Position numbers and translations under genes: made by a program
Notes under the pieces: generated by a model
Databases searched by the model: none
What the model was told of the DNA's origin: nothing
The model's input: only the letters and a program-made list of their open reading frames with translations
Assembly (NCBI GenBank): GCA_028823175.1
Contig: JAPKBZ010000008.1
Span: forward strand, 1,741-65,740
Direction of reading: 5' to 3'
DNA length: 64,000 nt
Origin: Myxococcota bacterium
GTDB taxonomy: Bacteria > Myxococcota_A > UBA9160 > UBA4427
In this document: one piece after another, positions 10,692 through 19,137 of the stretch
Position numbering within the stretch: the stretch's first letter is position 1
How the letters are laid out: each line of letters starts with the position of its first letter

Positions 10692-11524
10692 TGGACGCCC
10701 AGGCCTGGCTGGCCGAACGGACGCCGGCGGTGAACGCCGCTCTGGAAGCGTGGCTTCCGGGGGCGGACGTTGCCCCCTGCGCGCTTCACGCCGCGATGCG
10801 CCATCTGGTTTTTCCGGGGGGCAAACGCCTGCGCCCGGCCCTGGCTCTGGCCGCCGCCGAAGCCGTGGGCGGCCCCGCCGAGGCGGCTCTTCCCATGGCG
10901 ACGGCGGTCGAATTGGTCCACATCTATTCTCTGATTCACGACGATCTTCCCTGCATGGACGACGATGAACTGCGTCGGGGAAGACCGACGGTCCACGTCG
11001 CTTTCGGCGAGGCGACGGCGGTCTTGGCCGGAGATGCGCTCCAAAGCCTGGCCTTCGAGGTCCTGCTCTCGGTGGCGGAACCCGGCCCGGCGGCCCGGGC
11101 CGCGCGCGATCTCGCCGAGGCCATCGGCGCGGCGGGATTGGTCGGCGGCCAAGCCGACGATCTGGGCCCGGATCCGGCGGGTTTGGGCGTTGAACACATT
11201 CTCTCGATCCACGCGCGCAAGACTGCGGCGCTGATCCGCGTGGCCATCCTGGGTGGCGCGCGCCTGGCCGGGGCGAACGACTCGCGCCTCGCCGAACTCG
11301 CGGCTTTTGGTCGCGAGGTGGGGGTCGCCTTCCAGATCGCCGACGATTGCCTGGATGCCGAGGACGAGGACGCGTGTTCGTTGTTGGCGGTGGAGGGGAT
11401 CGAAGCGTCGCGTGAGCGGGCCGAGAAACTGCTCGACTCCGCCCTTGCCCGGCTCGAAGGGGCGGGGGAGGGCGCCGAACCCCTGCGCGCTCTGGCCCGA
11501 TTCGCCGTGCGGAGAGAACTATGA
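10691..11524 (+). CDS. ispA: (2E,6E)-farnesyl diphosphate synthase / polyprenyl synthetase
   Basis: Asp-rich motifs LIHDDLPCMDDDELRRG and FQIADDCLD. ATG overlaps the xseB stop (TGATG). Its stop overlaps the dxs ATG (ATGA). Confidence 0.85.
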   Translation: MDAQAWLAERTPAVNAALEAWLPGADVAPCALHAAMRHLVFPGGKRLRPALALAAAEAVGGPAEAALPMATAVELVHIYSLIHDDLPCMDDDELRRGRPTVHVAFGEATAVLAGDALQSLAFEVLLSVAEPGPAARAARDLAEAIGAAGLVGGQADDLGPDPAGLGVEHILSIHARKTAALIRVAILGGARLAGANDSRLAELAAFGREVGVAFQIADDCLDAEDEDACSLLAVEGIEASRERAEKLLDSALARLEGAGEGAEPLRALARFAVRREL

Positions 11525-13440
11525 GTTCCGAGAGTTCCGAGAGTTCCGAGCGCCTGCTCCACGACATCCAATCCCCCGCCGATCTGCGGGCCCTGCCCAG
11601 AGAGCGGGTCGAGCAGGTGGCCGACGAGATTCGCAGCGAGATCCTGGAGCGGGTTTCCCAAACCGGGGGGCACCTGGCGTCGAGTCTCGGGGCCGTCGAG
11701 TTGATTACCGCAGCGCATTACGTCTTCGATACGCCCCAGGACAGGCTGGTCCTCGATGTCGGTCACCAGGGCTATCCGCACAAGATGTTGACCGGGCGGC
11801 GCGAGGATTTCGATCAGATCGGCCAGCGCGGCGGGATCTCGAAATTTTTACGTCGTAGCGAGTCCGAGTACGACCATTTTGGAAGTGGCCACGCGGGCAC
11901 CTCGATCTCAGCCGCTCTGGGGATGGCGCGTGGCAAGTTCCACCGGGGAGAGGATGGCCTGGTCATCGCGCTCATCGGGGACGGCGCCATGACGGCAGGC
12001 ATGGCCTTCGAGGCGCTGAATCACGCCGGCCACCTCCAGGAGGGCAAGCTCATCGTCATTCTCAATGACAATGAGATGTCGATTTCGCCCAACGTGGGCG
12101 CCATGTCCTCCTACCTCTCGCGCAAGATGTCGGCTCCCATGGTTCGCCGCATGAAGGGCTGGGCGAAGGAGTTCCTGGGCAGCCTGCCCGGCGACATGAT
12201 TCACTGGGCGCGCAAGGCCGAGGAGTCGCTGAAGGTTTTCTTTTCGCCCGGGCTTCTCTTTGAGGCCCTCAATTTTCGCTATGTGGGCCCGATTCAGGGG
12301 CATCGCATGGAAATTTTGCTCGAGACTTTCGAGAACGCCAAGCAGATGGTCGCGAACGGCAGCGGCCCCGTCTTGATTCACGCCCTGACCGAAAAGGGGC
12401 ACGGCTACGCCCCGGCCGAGGCGAACCCTCTCAAGTACCACGGGGTCACCCGCTTCGACGTTGACTCCGGCGAGTTTGCCCCGGCCAAGTCGGCACCGGC
12501 CTCCTATACCCGGATCTTCTCCGACACCCTGCTGCGCCTCGCCGACGAGGACGAACGGATTGTCGCCATTACGGCCGCCATGGCGCCGGGGACCGGCCTG
12601 GATAAATTTCAACAGAAATTTCCCAAGCGTTTTTACGATGTGGGAATCGCGGAGCAGCATGCCGTCACCTTCGCGGCCGGCCTCGCCACCGAGGGAGTGA
12701 AGCCGGTGGTGGCGATTTATTCGACGTTCCTGCAGCGCGCCTACGACCAACTCGTCCACGATGTCTGCCTGCAGAATCTCGACGTCACTTTTGCCCTCGA
12801 TCGTGCGGGTCTGGTCGGGGCGGACGGAGCGACCCATCAGGGTCTCTTCGATATCGCTTATTTTCGAAATCTCCCGAATACCGTCGTGATGGCCCCCAAG
12901 GACGAGAACGAACTCCAGCACATGCTCGCCACGGCGATTCGTTATCCCGGGCCCGCGGCGCTGCGCTTCCCGCGCGGAAGTGGCCTCGGGGTGCCTATGG
13001 ATCCCGAGATCAAGTTGATCCCGCTGGGCGAGTCCGAATTGTTGCGGGACGGGGAGGATCTGCTGATTCTCGCGCTCGGAACGATGGTCCACCCGGCCCT
13101 GGAGGCGGCTCAGGAACTGGCGGCTCACGGCGTTTCCGCTGCCGTGGTCAACGCCCGTTTTGTGCGGCCCCTCGACGAGGCTCGCCTGCTGCCCTTGATC
13201 GAGCGCTGCGGTGCGCTGCTGACCGTCGAGGAGCATGCCGGCGCAGGTGGTTTTGGAGGAGCGGTCCTCGAGATGCTGGCCGCCCGATCCCTGACCGTGC
13301 CCACTCGCTGTCTCGCCATTGGCAACGAACTCGTCGAGCACGGGGAGACCCTGGCGAGCCAGGGACTGGAGCCCGCCGACATGGTGAAGGCGGGTATCGA
13401 ATTGTTGGGCGACCGGGCCGTGGCGGGTTCCGGGGACTAG
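11521..13440 (+). CDS. dxs: 1-deoxy-D-xylulose-5-phosphate synthase
   Basis: 639 aa. GGHLASSLGAVEL, HQGYPHKMLTGRR, and TPP-binding GDGAMTAGMAFEALN. Full-length Dxs architecture. Confidence 0.95.
   Translation: MSSESSESSERLLHDIQSPADLRALPRERVEQVADEIRSEILERVSQTGGHLASSLGAVELITAAHYVFDTPQDRLVLDVGHQGYPHKMLTGRREDFDQIGQRGGISKFLRRSESEYDHFGSGHAGTSISAALGMARGKFHRGEDGLVIALIGDGAMTAGMAFEALNHAGHLQEGKLIVILNDNEMSISPNVGAMSSYLSRKMSAPMVRRMKGWAKEFLGSLPGDMIHWARKAEESLKVFFSPGLLFEALNFRYVGPIQGHRMEILLETFENAKQMVANGSGPVLIHALTEKGHGYAPAEANPLKYHGVTRFDVDSGEFAPAKSAPASYTRIFSDTLLRLADEDERIVAITAAMAPGTGLDKFQQKFPKRFYDVGIAEQHAVTFAAGLATEGVKPVVAIYSTFLQRAYDQLVHDVCLQNLDVTFALDRAGLVGADGATHQGLFDIAYFRNLPNTVVMAPKDENELQHMLATAIRYPGPAALRFPRGSGLGVPMDPEIKLIPLGESELLRDGEDLLILALGTMVHPALEAAQELAAHGVSAAVVNARFVRPLDEARLLPLIERCGALLTVEEHAGAGGFGGAVLEMLAARSLTVPTRCLAIGNELVEHGETLASQGLEPADMVKAGIELLGDRAVAGSGD
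11524..11550 (+). repeat. 9-bp perfect tandem repeat x3 (AGTTCCGAG) at the dxs 5' end
   Basis: Units at 11524-32, 11533-41 and 11542-50. They encode the N-terminal (SSE)3. Confidence 0.95.
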
Positions 13441-13455
13441 CGCGAGGGGGACTCC

Positions 13456-14232
13456 TTGGCAGGCCCGGGGCGCAAAGGTCGACGGCGGCTGGATGAGCGC
13501 GTGGTCGCCGAGGGACTCGCCGAGTCCAGGAGTCAGGCTCAGGGGCTGATCCTCTCGGGGGTCGTTCTGGTGGACGATGTGCCCGTGGACAAAGCCGGGG
13601 TGGGGGTTCCCGATGCCGCTGCGATTCGCGTGCGCGGCGGTATTCGCCGCTTCGTTTCCCGGGGCGGCGAAAAACTCGCCGGAGCCCTGGAGGAGTTGGC
13701 GATCGATCCCCTAGGCCTTGGTTGTCTCGATGTAGGTGCGTCCACCGGGGGCTTTACCGATTGCCTTTTGCAGGCCGGAGCCGAGCGCGTCATCGCCCTG
13801 GATGTCGGCCACGGTCAGTTGCATTCGCGACTGCGCCTAGACCCCCGGGTCGAGGTGGTGGAGCGCTTCAACGCGCGCGAGTTGTCTCCCGAGCAGATCA
13901 CCTTTCCCGTAGAGCTGGTGGTGGCCGATGTTTCTTTTATTTCGCTCTCGCTCTTGATGTCGGCCTTCGTTCTCGCCGCACCCGGAGCCGAGTGGTTGCT
14001 CCTCGTGAAGCCCCAATTCGAGGTGGGACGAGAGCAGGTAGGCAAGGGGGGCGTGGTGCGCGACGACTCCCTACGCGAGTCAGCGGTTTCATCGATCATC
14101 GAGGCGGCGGGGGCGAGGGGCTACGCGGCTGCGGGCCGGGCCGAGAGCCGCCTGGCAGGGCCCCGGGGCAACCGCGAGATCTTCGTTCGTTTTAGGCCGC
14201 AGGGGGCGGGTCCCCGGACTCCGTCGCTTTAG
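13456..14232 (+). CDS. tlyA: TlyA-family rRNA (cytidine-2'-O)-methyltransferase
   Basis: S4-like N-terminus (RLDERVVAEGLAESRSQAQGLI). FtsJ-type SAM site (CLDVGASTGGFTDCLLQ). TTG start at 13456. Conserved position after dxs. Confidence 0.85.
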   Translation: MAGPGRKGRRRLDERVVAEGLAESRSQAQGLILSGVVLVDDVPVDKAGVGVPDAAAIRVRGGIRRFVSRGGEKLAGALEELAIDPLGLGCLDVGASTGGFTDCLLQAGAERVIALDVGHGQLHSRLRLDPRVEVVERFNARELSPEQITFPVELVVADVSFISLSLLMSAFVLAAPGAEWLLLVKPQFEVGREQVGKGGVVRDDSLRESAVSSIIEAAGARGYAAAGRAESRLAGPRGNREIFVRFRPQGAGPRTPSL

Positions 14233-14279
14233 CGCGAGGTGGCCGCTCCCTCGCCGAGACACTTCGGTATCCTTGGGTC

Positions 14280-15467
14280 ATGACTTCTTCCCAGGCGGGC
14301 CGGGAGTGGGACCGAAAGTCCGGCCCCTCGCCGATCTATCTCGACCACCATGCGACGACTCCCCTGGATCCCCGGGTGCTCGACGCAATGCTCCCCTATC
14401 TGCGCGAGGATTTCGGCAACGCCGCCAGCACGTCCCATGTTTTCGGCTGGCGAGCCGAGGCCGCGGTGGAGGAGGCGCGGGAGCGGATCGCCGCGGCGAT
14501 TTCGGCGCGTCCGGCCGAGGTGATCTTCACGAGTGGCGCCACAGAGAGCAATAATCTCGCGCTTTTCGGCGCGCTCGCGAACGCTTCGGCCGGCCATCTC
14601 GTGAGCGTCGAGACCGAGCATGTCGCGGTACTCGATCCCTGTCGCCAACTCGAACGCTCGGGAAGAGCGCTGACCCTGCTCCCGGTTTCGAGGGCGGGCC
14701 TGGTCGACGTCAACGCGATTGCCGGCGCGCTTCGCGAGGAAACGCGCCTGGTATCGGTGATGGCGGCCAATAACGAGATCGGCGTTCTGCAACCGGTCGC
14801 GGCCATCGGGGCACTCTGTCACGAAGCGGGCGTCCTCTTTCATTGCGATGCTGCCCAGGCGGCGGGAAGAATCCCCCTGGACGTCCAGGCCAGTCGAATC
14901 GATTTGCTCTCTCTCTCCGCCCATAAATTTTATGGGCCTAAGGGTGTGGGGGCCCTCTACGTGCGCGGTCGCGCGCCGCGGGTTCGCCTCGAGGCGCGTC
15001 AGTTCGGGGGCGGGCACGAGGGCGGGCTGCGTTCGGGCACGCTGCCCGTCGCCCAGATCGTGGGCATGGCCAAGGCGTTGGAGTTGAGCCTTGACCAGCG
15101 CGAGGTCGAGGAGGCCCGGTTGAGGGACCTGCGCGATCTGCTCTGGCAGCGGCTGGAGGCTGAGCTCGGCGGCGTTCACCTGAACGGAGACGCTGAACTT
15201 CGCCTGGCGGGTAACCTCAATGTCGCCTTCGAAGGGGTGGATGGCGCACGCCTCCTCCTCGCGCTTCCGAGGTTGGCGGTTTCCCTGGGCTCGGCATGCG
15301 CCTCGTCTCGTCCCGGTCCGAGCCCCGTGCTGACGGCACTGGGATTGCCCGCCGAGTGGGCCGGGGCCTCCCTGCGCTTCGGACTCGGGCGCGAGACCTC
15401 TCGGGAAGAAATTGAGCAGGCGGCGTCCTGGGTCATCGAAGCGGTCCGAAGGGAACGCGCGAGCTGA
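14280..15467 (+). CDS. cysteine desulfurase (IscS/NifS family, PLP-dependent)
   Basis: 395 aa. IYLDHHATTP, PLP-lysine region SAHKFYGPKGVGALYVR, active-site loop SLGSACAS. Confidence 0.85.
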   Translation: MTSSQAGREWDRKSGPSPIYLDHHATTPLDPRVLDAMLPYLREDFGNAASTSHVFGWRAEAAVEEARERIAAAISARPAEVIFTSGATESNNLALFGALANASAGHLVSVETEHVAVLDPCRQLERSGRALTLLPVSRAGLVDVNAIAGALREETRLVSVMAANNEIGVLQPVAAIGALCHEAGVLFHCDAAQAAGRIPLDVQASRIDLLSLSAHKFYGPKGVGALYVRGRAPRVRLEARQFGGGHEGGLRSGTLPVAQIVGMAKALELSLDQREVEEARLRDLRDLLWQRLEAELGGVHLNGDAELRLAGNLNVAFEGVDGARLLLALPRLAVSLGSACASSRPGPSPVLTALGLPAEWAGASLRFGLGRETSREEIEQAASWVIEAVRRERAS

Positions 15468-15670
15468 TTGCAGCAGGGCTGCGGCCTTTTTGGCCCCCCG
15501 GGAGCCGGCCTCGTTGGTCGGGCAGAATCCTTCTGAGGCGGCTACCCTCCTGCCCGCAGCGTCGCTGGGGGCGACGACGAAGTTTTCTGGAAGACCGACC
15601 GAAACTCCGCGCCCCTCTCCACCGTGCCCGACGCGCTCGGGCTTCGGCTTCTGTTTCGGTCGCTCTCCTC

Positions 15671-16312
15671 ATGCAATCCAACTTGAAAGGAACGCGAATT
15701 TTGTCTGATCCGAAATCGAAAAATCTGACATGGCACGAGGGCCAAGTCTCTCGGCAGGACCGCGAGCAGAAACTCGGCCAGGGTGGTTGCACGATCTGGC
15801 TCACTGGCCTCTCGGGCTCCGGAAAGTCAACGCTCGCCGTTGCGGCGGAGAAGGCGCTCAGCGATCTGGGCAAGCACACCTACATCCTCGACGGTGACAA
15901 CGTTCGCATGGGCCTGAATAACAACCTCGGGTTTTCACCCGAGGATCGTACGGAGAATATCCGTCGAATCGGGGAGGTCGCCAAGCTCTTTACCGATTCG
16001 GGCGCCATCGTCTTCTCCTCGTTTATCTCGCCCTACCGTGCGGATCGCGACGCGGTTCGTGAGATCATGGCCGACGGCGATTTCGTCGAGGTCTATGTTG
16101 CCGCCAGCTTGGAAGTCTGCGAATCCCGCGACGTCAAGGGACTCTATGCGAAGGCCCGCAAGGGAGAGATTCCGGAGTTCACGGGGATCTCGGCGCCCTA
16201 CGAGGAACCGAGTGCGCCCGAACTGGTGATCGATACCGGCGACCAGTCTCTGGAGCAGAGCGTGGCCGTGCTGATCGAGTTTCTGGAGAAGAGTGGTTAC
16301 CTCTCGGCCTGA
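15671..16312 (+). CDS. cysC: adenylyl-sulfate (APS) kinase
   Basis: P-loop WLTGLSGSGKSTLA, YILDGDNVR, FISPYRADR. Start may instead be TTG 15701, which has AAAGGAA upstream. Confidence 0.9.
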   Translation: MQSNLKGTRILSDPKSKNLTWHEGQVSRQDREQKLGQGGCTIWLTGLSGSGKSTLAVAAEKALSDLGKHTYILDGDNVRMGLNNNLGFSPEDRTENIRRIGEVAKLFTDSGAIVFSSFISPYRADRDAVREIMADGDFVEVYVAASLEVCESRDVKGLYAKARKGEIPEFTGISAPYEEPSAPELVIDTGDQSLEQSVAVLIEFLEKSGYLSA

Positions 16313-16330
16313 GGGGTGCGCTTGCCCCTC
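16311..16330 (+). terminator. possible stem-loop after cysC (GAGGGG-N8-CCCCTC), no U-tract
   Basis: 6-bp GC stem starting at the cysC stop codon. Weak as an intrinsic terminator because no T-run follows. Confidence 0.2.
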
Positions 16331-16421
16331 CTAGGGCCAGAGAGGGTCGGGATCGGGCGGAACTCGCCCGCTCCCGGGCCTGTATTCGGGAATTGAGCGT
16401 TTTTCTCTCCGCTCTGCGGCC

Positions 16422-16455
16422 AAGTGCTGAAAAATGAAGCAAAAAGCCGTATACA
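16422..16455 (+). promoter_or_regulatory. candidate sigma70-type promoter of the TPR/ABC operon, containing the shared 12-mer AAGTGCTGAAAA
   Basis: AT-rich island in a GC-rich intergenic region. CTGAAA (16427-32), then 17 nt, then TATACA (16450-55). A G-rich SD-like run lies just upstream of TTG 16478. The 12-mer is repeated exactly at 55727-38. Confidence 0.35.
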
Positions 16456-16477
16456 GATCAGCTAGGGGGGCGCTGCA

Positions 16478-18334
16478 TTGGGGGGACGGCGGGGCTGTGG
16501 AGACGCGGAACGACTTTCGCGTTCTGTCGGGCTGAACGCGCCCGAGGTCCATCGCGTTTCTTTCGCAGCCGTCCTAGGCGTAGTGGGCCTCGCCTTGTTC
16601 GGCTTGGCGTGTGCGGGATCTGGAGGAGGGGTTGGGCAGCCAGCTCCCCCGCCCTTGGTGCGCCCGGAACTCGGCCCCGAATACGACGTGCTCGTGGCGG
16701 AACTGGCAGCCCGGGATGGCGACTACGCCGGCGCGCGTTCGGCCTTTACTCGGGCGCTCGAGAAGGATCCATCCTCGGCGCATCTGCATTTTCGGCTCGC
16801 CCACCTGGCGGCTCAGAGCGACGATCTGTCGAGATCCCTGGAATGGAGCCGCCGCGGAGTGGAGTTGGCACCCGGGGATCTGGAGGGGCGCCTCTTCCTG
16901 TCCCGGCTCTACCTGCTGAACCAGCAACCCCAGGCCGTGGTCGGGGTGCTGACAGGAGACGACGGGACGCCGATCAATTCCGAGGCGGCGCTGATCCTCT
17001 ACCAGATCTATTTCGAAGAGGGCCGCTTCCAAGCGGCGCTTGAGGTTGCTCAAGGTCTCCAGGCATCCGAACCCGATTTCCTCGGGGCGGCGATGGCGGT
17101 GGCCGCTGCCTACGAAAGCATGGGACGCTTCGCCGAGGCCGAGGGAGCGCTGCAGCAGGCCCGGGTTGAGCACCCCGAACGGATCGTTATTTATTCCCGC
17201 TTGGCGCGGATGCGCCGGTCTCAGGGCGACCGGGCCGGGGAGATTGCCCTCTACCGCGAAATTCTCGCCGAGCGGCCGGCTCATTACGGGACACTCCTGA
17301 GCCTGGGGGAGGCTCTGATCGCCGAGAATCAAATCGATCAGGCCATCGCCACCTACGAGGAACTCGCGGAAATTTTCCCCGACGATTTGCAAATCCTTCG
17401 GCGTCTCGCTTCTCTCGAATTCGGTTCCGGGCGCTACGAAGACGCCGCCCGACGTCTGCAGGAGGCTGCGCTTCGACATCCCGATCGTTTCGAGCTGACC
17501 TACTCACTGGGCCAGGTCCTGCGAGCCCTCGGCCGGGTCGACGAGGCCATGGAGGTTTTTGATTCGGTTCCTTTGAGCCATCCCCTCTACTTCGAGGCTC
17601 GCATGCAGATCGCGATTCAGCACGAGGACAACGCTGACTTCCTCGCCGCCTTGGAAGAAGTCGAAGCCCTGCGGGCTCTGCGGCCCGGTCGAGGGATGAC
17701 CTTTCAGGTTTCTCTCTTGCGCGCTCGATCGGGCGATTTCGAGGGGGGTGCCGCGTTGCTGGAAGAGATGCTGGCCGAGGACCCCGACGACGTCGAAGTG
17801 CTCTACCAACTCGCGGTTCTTTATGGGAGCCAGAAGGAGATCGACCAGGCCCTCTTCTACATGACCCAGGTGCTGAAGCACGACCCCCAGAACGCCCAGG
17901 CCCTCAATTACGTCGGCTACACCTGGGTCGAGCGGGGGCAGAACCTCGACCGGGCGGAGGCGCTGATCGAGCGGGCAGTTCGGCTCAGTCCGCGGGATGG
18001 CTATATCGTCGATAGCCTGGGCTGGGTCTACTACATGCGCGCGCGCCCACTGATCGGCGGACCCCAACGAGTGGAGGGTCTGGAGTTGCTCGAGAAGGCG
18101 ATCGCGCAGCTCATCCTGGCCCTGGAGTTGACGGGTGGGGATCCGGTGGTTTCCGAACATTTGGGCGACGTCTACCTGCTGCTCGATGAGCCTCGCCGGG
18201 CCCTGGATTATTACGAGCAGGCGGTCGCCATGGATCCCCGTCTCGAGGAGCAACCGAACCTGAGAGAGAAGATCGAGACCCTGCGGCGAGAACTCGGAAG
18301 TTCGGCCGACGGCGAGGCTTCGGAGTTCCCGTGA
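16478..18334 (+). CDS. TPR-repeat protein, probable lipoprotein
   Basis: 618 aa. Hydrophobic N-terminus ending LFGLAC, followed by many 34-aa A/L/Y-rich TPR-like helical repeats. Start codon uncertain (TTG 16478). Confidence 0.7.
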   Translation: MGGRRGCGDAERLSRSVGLNAPEVHRVSFAAVLGVVGLALFGLACAGSGGGVGQPAPPPLVRPELGPEYDVLVAELAARDGDYAGARSAFTRALEKDPSSAHLHFRLAHLAAQSDDLSRSLEWSRRGVELAPGDLEGRLFLSRLYLLNQQPQAVVGVLTGDDGTPINSEAALILYQIYFEEGRFQAALEVAQGLQASEPDFLGAAMAVAAAYESMGRFAEAEGALQQARVEHPERIVIYSRLARMRRSQGDRAGEIALYREILAERPAHYGTLLSLGEALIAENQIDQAIATYEELAEIFPDDLQILRRLASLEFGSGRYEDAARRLQEAALRHPDRFELTYSLGQVLRALGRVDEAMEVFDSVPLSHPLYFEARMQIAIQHEDNADFLAALEEVEALRALRPGRGMTFQVSLLRARSGDFEGGAALLEEMLAEDPDDVEVLYQLAVLYGSQKEIDQALFYMTQVLKHDPQNAQALNYVGYTWVERGQNLDRAEALIERAVRLSPRDGYIVDSLGWVYYMRARPLIGGPQRVEGLELLEKAIAQLILALELTGGDPVVSEHLGDVYLLLDEPRRALDYYEQAVAMDPRLEEQPNLREKIETLRRELGSSADGEASEFP

Positions 18335-19137
18335 AGAGGACGGCGGTCCTGGGTTTCGCGTTGCTGGGCCTGGCTCTCTTGGCCGGCTGCCAGAGTCCTT
18401 CGCCGGGGCCGCGTCTCAGCGCCGCCGCACTGCGTCCGGAGCCGCTGCTGGCACAGCTCGCTCTTCGGGGGAACGAGATCGGTGGTCTGCGCAGCCGGGC
18501 CCAGGTCGAAATAGAGGCGCCGGACCTCCACCTGAGCCGCCCCCAGCGCATCTATGTTGCCCGCCCCGAGCAGTTGCGGGTCGAAGTACTCGCTCTCTTC
18601 GGCCAGTTGGCCGCCGTGCTGGTTGCCCATGACGGTGTCTATCAGCTCTATGAACCGGGCCGCGGTCAGCTTCAGGCGGGGTTGATCTCGGCGTCCCTGC
18701 TTTGGCGGGTCGCTCGGGTGGACCTGCAACCCCGAGAGGTGGTGGAGTTGCTGCTGGGCACACCGGCTCCCCAGACCGGGCTCCGGTTCGGGGAAGTACG
18801 GCCCGCCGACGCGGGCGGGGTGGCCTTCGACCGCCGGGATGCGCGTGGAACCGTTCGGGAGCGTTATGTTTTCGACGCGCAGGGGCGATTGGAAATGATG
18901 GAGCGCTTGGACCCAGAAGGAGCCGCGGTTTGGAAGGCCGAGTTCGACGATTATCGAATCGTTCCCGTCGAGGGAGGCGAGCCCCGGGCCTTCGCATTCG
19001 AGCTCAAGCTGGACTTTCCCCGGGTGCGGGGCCAGGCCACGCTGCGCTTCAAGCAGGTGAACTTGTCCCGGGATCTTCCGGGAGAGCTCTTCGAACTCAA
19101 ACTTCCCCAGGGCCAGGGCGGGGAGGGCGCGTCGTGA
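18331..19137 (+). CDS. lipoprotein, LolB/DUF4292-like
   Basis: Lipobox LALLAGC. ~250-aa beta-rich body resembling LolA/LolB-fold DUF4292 proteins (assignment from memory). GTGA overlap with the TPR gene stop. Confidence 0.55.
   Translation: MKRTAVLGFALLGLALLAGCQSPSPGPRLSAAALRPEPLLAQLALRGNEIGGLRSRAQVEIEAPDLHLSRPQRIYVARPEQLRVEVLALFGQLAAVLVAHDGVYQLYEPGRGQLQAGLISASLLWRVARVDLQPREVVELLLGTPAPQTGLRFGEVRPADAGGVAFDRRDARGTVRERYVFDAQGRLEMMERLDPEGAAVWKAEFDDYRIVPVEGGEPRAFAFELKLDFPRVRGQATLRFKQVNLSRDLPGELFELKLPQGQGGEGAS

Noticed and set aside
9983-11567. 409-aa and 413-aa minus-strand ORFs (9983..11212 and 10326..11567)
   Set aside because: Antisense to xseA, xseB and ispA. Extremely Arg/Pro-rich.
18702-19133. 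5' over-extension of a track ORF. Other cases: 22989-23156, 23996-24142, 25536-25559, 30054-30398, 34075-34449, 34865-35137, 37980-38039, 39273-39611, 41955-42140, 43784-44077, 45526-45765, 45648-45953, 60955-61014, 61845-62534 and 63128-63415.
   Set aside because: The extensions overlap the preceding, well-supported gene or run through Arg/Pro-rich non-coding-like sequence. Internal starts coincide with signal peptides, conserved N-termini, SD sequences or ATGA/GTGA coupling.
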